DNA from: Azolla caroliniana
Taxonomy: Eukaryota; Plantae; Polypodiophyta
Assembly (NCBI GenBank): GCA_043228905.1
Contig: JBHGNT010000003.1
Coordinates: forward strand, 11,346,001 to 11,410,000
Length of the DNA: 64,000 nt
Reading direction: 5' to 3'
Below are positions 62,515-64,000 of the stretch, piece by piece. How positions within the stretch are numbered: the first letter of the stretch is position 1; each line of letters starts with the position of its first letter. The notes beneath the pieces were generated by a model. The model made no database searches. It saw only the letters and a program-made list of their open reading frames with translations, and was not told the origin of the DNA. A program made the translations under genes and the position numbers.

Positions 62515-63826
62515 TTCGGCTTTCTTCTGCTCGGTTTCTTGTCGTAGTCCCATCTTTGTCCTTAGTGCTCCGAAGCATTGATTTGGGAGTGGCTTCGTTA
62601 GGCAACCGATGATGTTAACCTCGGTGTCAATCTTCCGGACTTCAAACTTCTTCTCGGTTACTCGCTCTCAGATGTGATGATACCACACCTCAACATGCAT
62701 TGTCTCCGCATGATAGATTGTATTATTGATGGCTCTATGAGTCATAGTAGATGGTCGGTGATGGGTGGTCGCTTCAGCTCGTAGCCTAGAAGTTGGCAGT
62801 CAGTCGGTGTAGCCAAATCGCATCCTTTGCTACTTCGGATGGTGCTATGTACTCGGCCTCTATGGTAGATAGAGTCATGCACTCTTGAAGCTTCGACCTT
62901 CATGATATGGCACTATCACCGTAGGTGAAGATGTAGCCTGATGTTGACTTTTGATTATTCAGATTCCTAGCATAGTCGGAGTCGGTATAGCCTTCAACTT
63001 CGGTCGGGTTTGCCGATCCGAAAGTCAGTTGTACATCTGCGTCCCTCTTAGGTACCTGAAGATGTGCTTGATGGTCTCCCACGGCTTTAGTCATGGGTTT
63101 GACATGTACCGGCTGATGACCCCTATGACATATGTAAGGTTGGTTCGGGGTGCCACCATCGCGTACATGATACTTCCTACTGCTGATGCGTAGGGTATCT
63201 CTCCTTTGAGCTCTCTCTCCTTATCCGTTGAAGGAGAGTCTCTATCTGATAGTCGAATCGACGTCAAAAGCGGTGTTGGTGTTGGCTTCGCGTTCTCTAT
63301 GTTGAAGCGCTTCAGCACTTTGCGGATGTAGTCGGACTGGGAGAGTAGGAGAGTCCTTGTCTTCCGATTTTGCTCAATCCTCATGCCCAAAATGCGTTGG
63401 GCTTGTCTGAGTTCCTTCATTGCGAACTTGTCGTGAAGGCTTCGCTTTAGCTTTCTTATTTCAGCTTGATTGCCTCCTACAATCAGCATGTCGTCGACAT
63501 ATAGGATCAGATAGATCCAGGACTCCTCAGCCAGTTGCCGAGTATATAGACATGGGTCTGTGTCGGACCAGCTGTAGCCACGTTTTTGGATGTAGGAGTC
63601 GAACTTTTGGTACCACATCCTCGACGCTTGTTTTAAGCCATAAAGGCATTTCTTTAATCGACATACGAGGTGACCTTCCTCCCCCGTCGTCGTGAAGGTT
63701 GTCCGTTGAGACATATAGATGTTTTCTTCCAAATCTCCGTGTAGGAAAGTTGTCTTGATGTTTAGCTTCTCAAGCTCTCGGTCTTCAGTCACCATGACCC
63801 TGAGGAGGAGCCGAAGTGTGATCAGT
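62515..63826 (-). pseudogene. Copia N RT-RNase H fragment
   Basis: LYGLKQASRMWY, LYVDDML, GYTDSDYA. Confidence 0.88.
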
Positions 63827-64000
63827 ATGGCAAAAGAGACGACAGTGTTTTCACTGTTGGAGAAGTTACAGGTTGTATAAGAAAAAACTTTATTCAAAAT
63901 ACTCTATAGACTCTCTACATCGAATGTGCTTAGAGAGAAATTTTATACAAATCCTTAAAAGGACTGACAGAAGTATTGACAAGTACTTCAATTGTCATAA
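63827..64000 (-). repeat. LTR end of an A/M-related copia element, cut by the window edge
   Basis: aagtattgacaagtacttcaat is shared with the A LTR (884-905). Left boundary uncertain (63827-63855). Confidence 0.55.

Noticed and set aside
1-64000. Host genes, rRNA or DNA transposons
   Set aside because: Every recognisable coding segment is retroelement-derived; the remaining short ORFs are antisense or alternate-frame shadows.

Overview
No host gene is visible. The window is a deeply nested pile of plant retroelements, probably from a non-seed land plant (inferred from Tcn1-like self-priming chromoviruses and tRNA-Trp-primed, 4-bp-TSD gypsy elements). The nesting was reconstructed from LTR pairs, TSDs and restored reading frames, and elements are given letter labels. 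Gypsy L (minus, 28261-60072) contains copia G (30059-53263). G contains Tcn1-like H (33564-42770), which holds chromovirus I (35698-42534), and Tcn1-like J (43096-51234), which holds gypsy K (46218-48830). Gypsy C (2944-28260) contains B (3653-9188) and D (11706-26518); D holds copia E, whose LTR holds a full-length LINE (13592-18892). Copia remnants lie at both ends. The most interesting signals are non-coding: (1) antisense tRNA-like A-box/B-box cassettes in the U3 of two unrelated LTR families (6 copies); (2) a 56-nt-period array of GAGGT-N4-ACCTC stem-loops, inside a predicted leader intron in one element and inside the LTR in a relative; (3) a self-priming site coupled to a palindrome at the predicted transcription start; (4) recoding signals: a -1 frameshift placed between protease and RT, a G_UUA_AAC gag-pol frameshift, and an in-frame UGA-CGG junction between LINE ORF1 and ORF2; (5) a protease-less but fully open Gag-RT-RH-IN fusion ORF. 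Clade names come from motif recognition by eye and need database confirmation.
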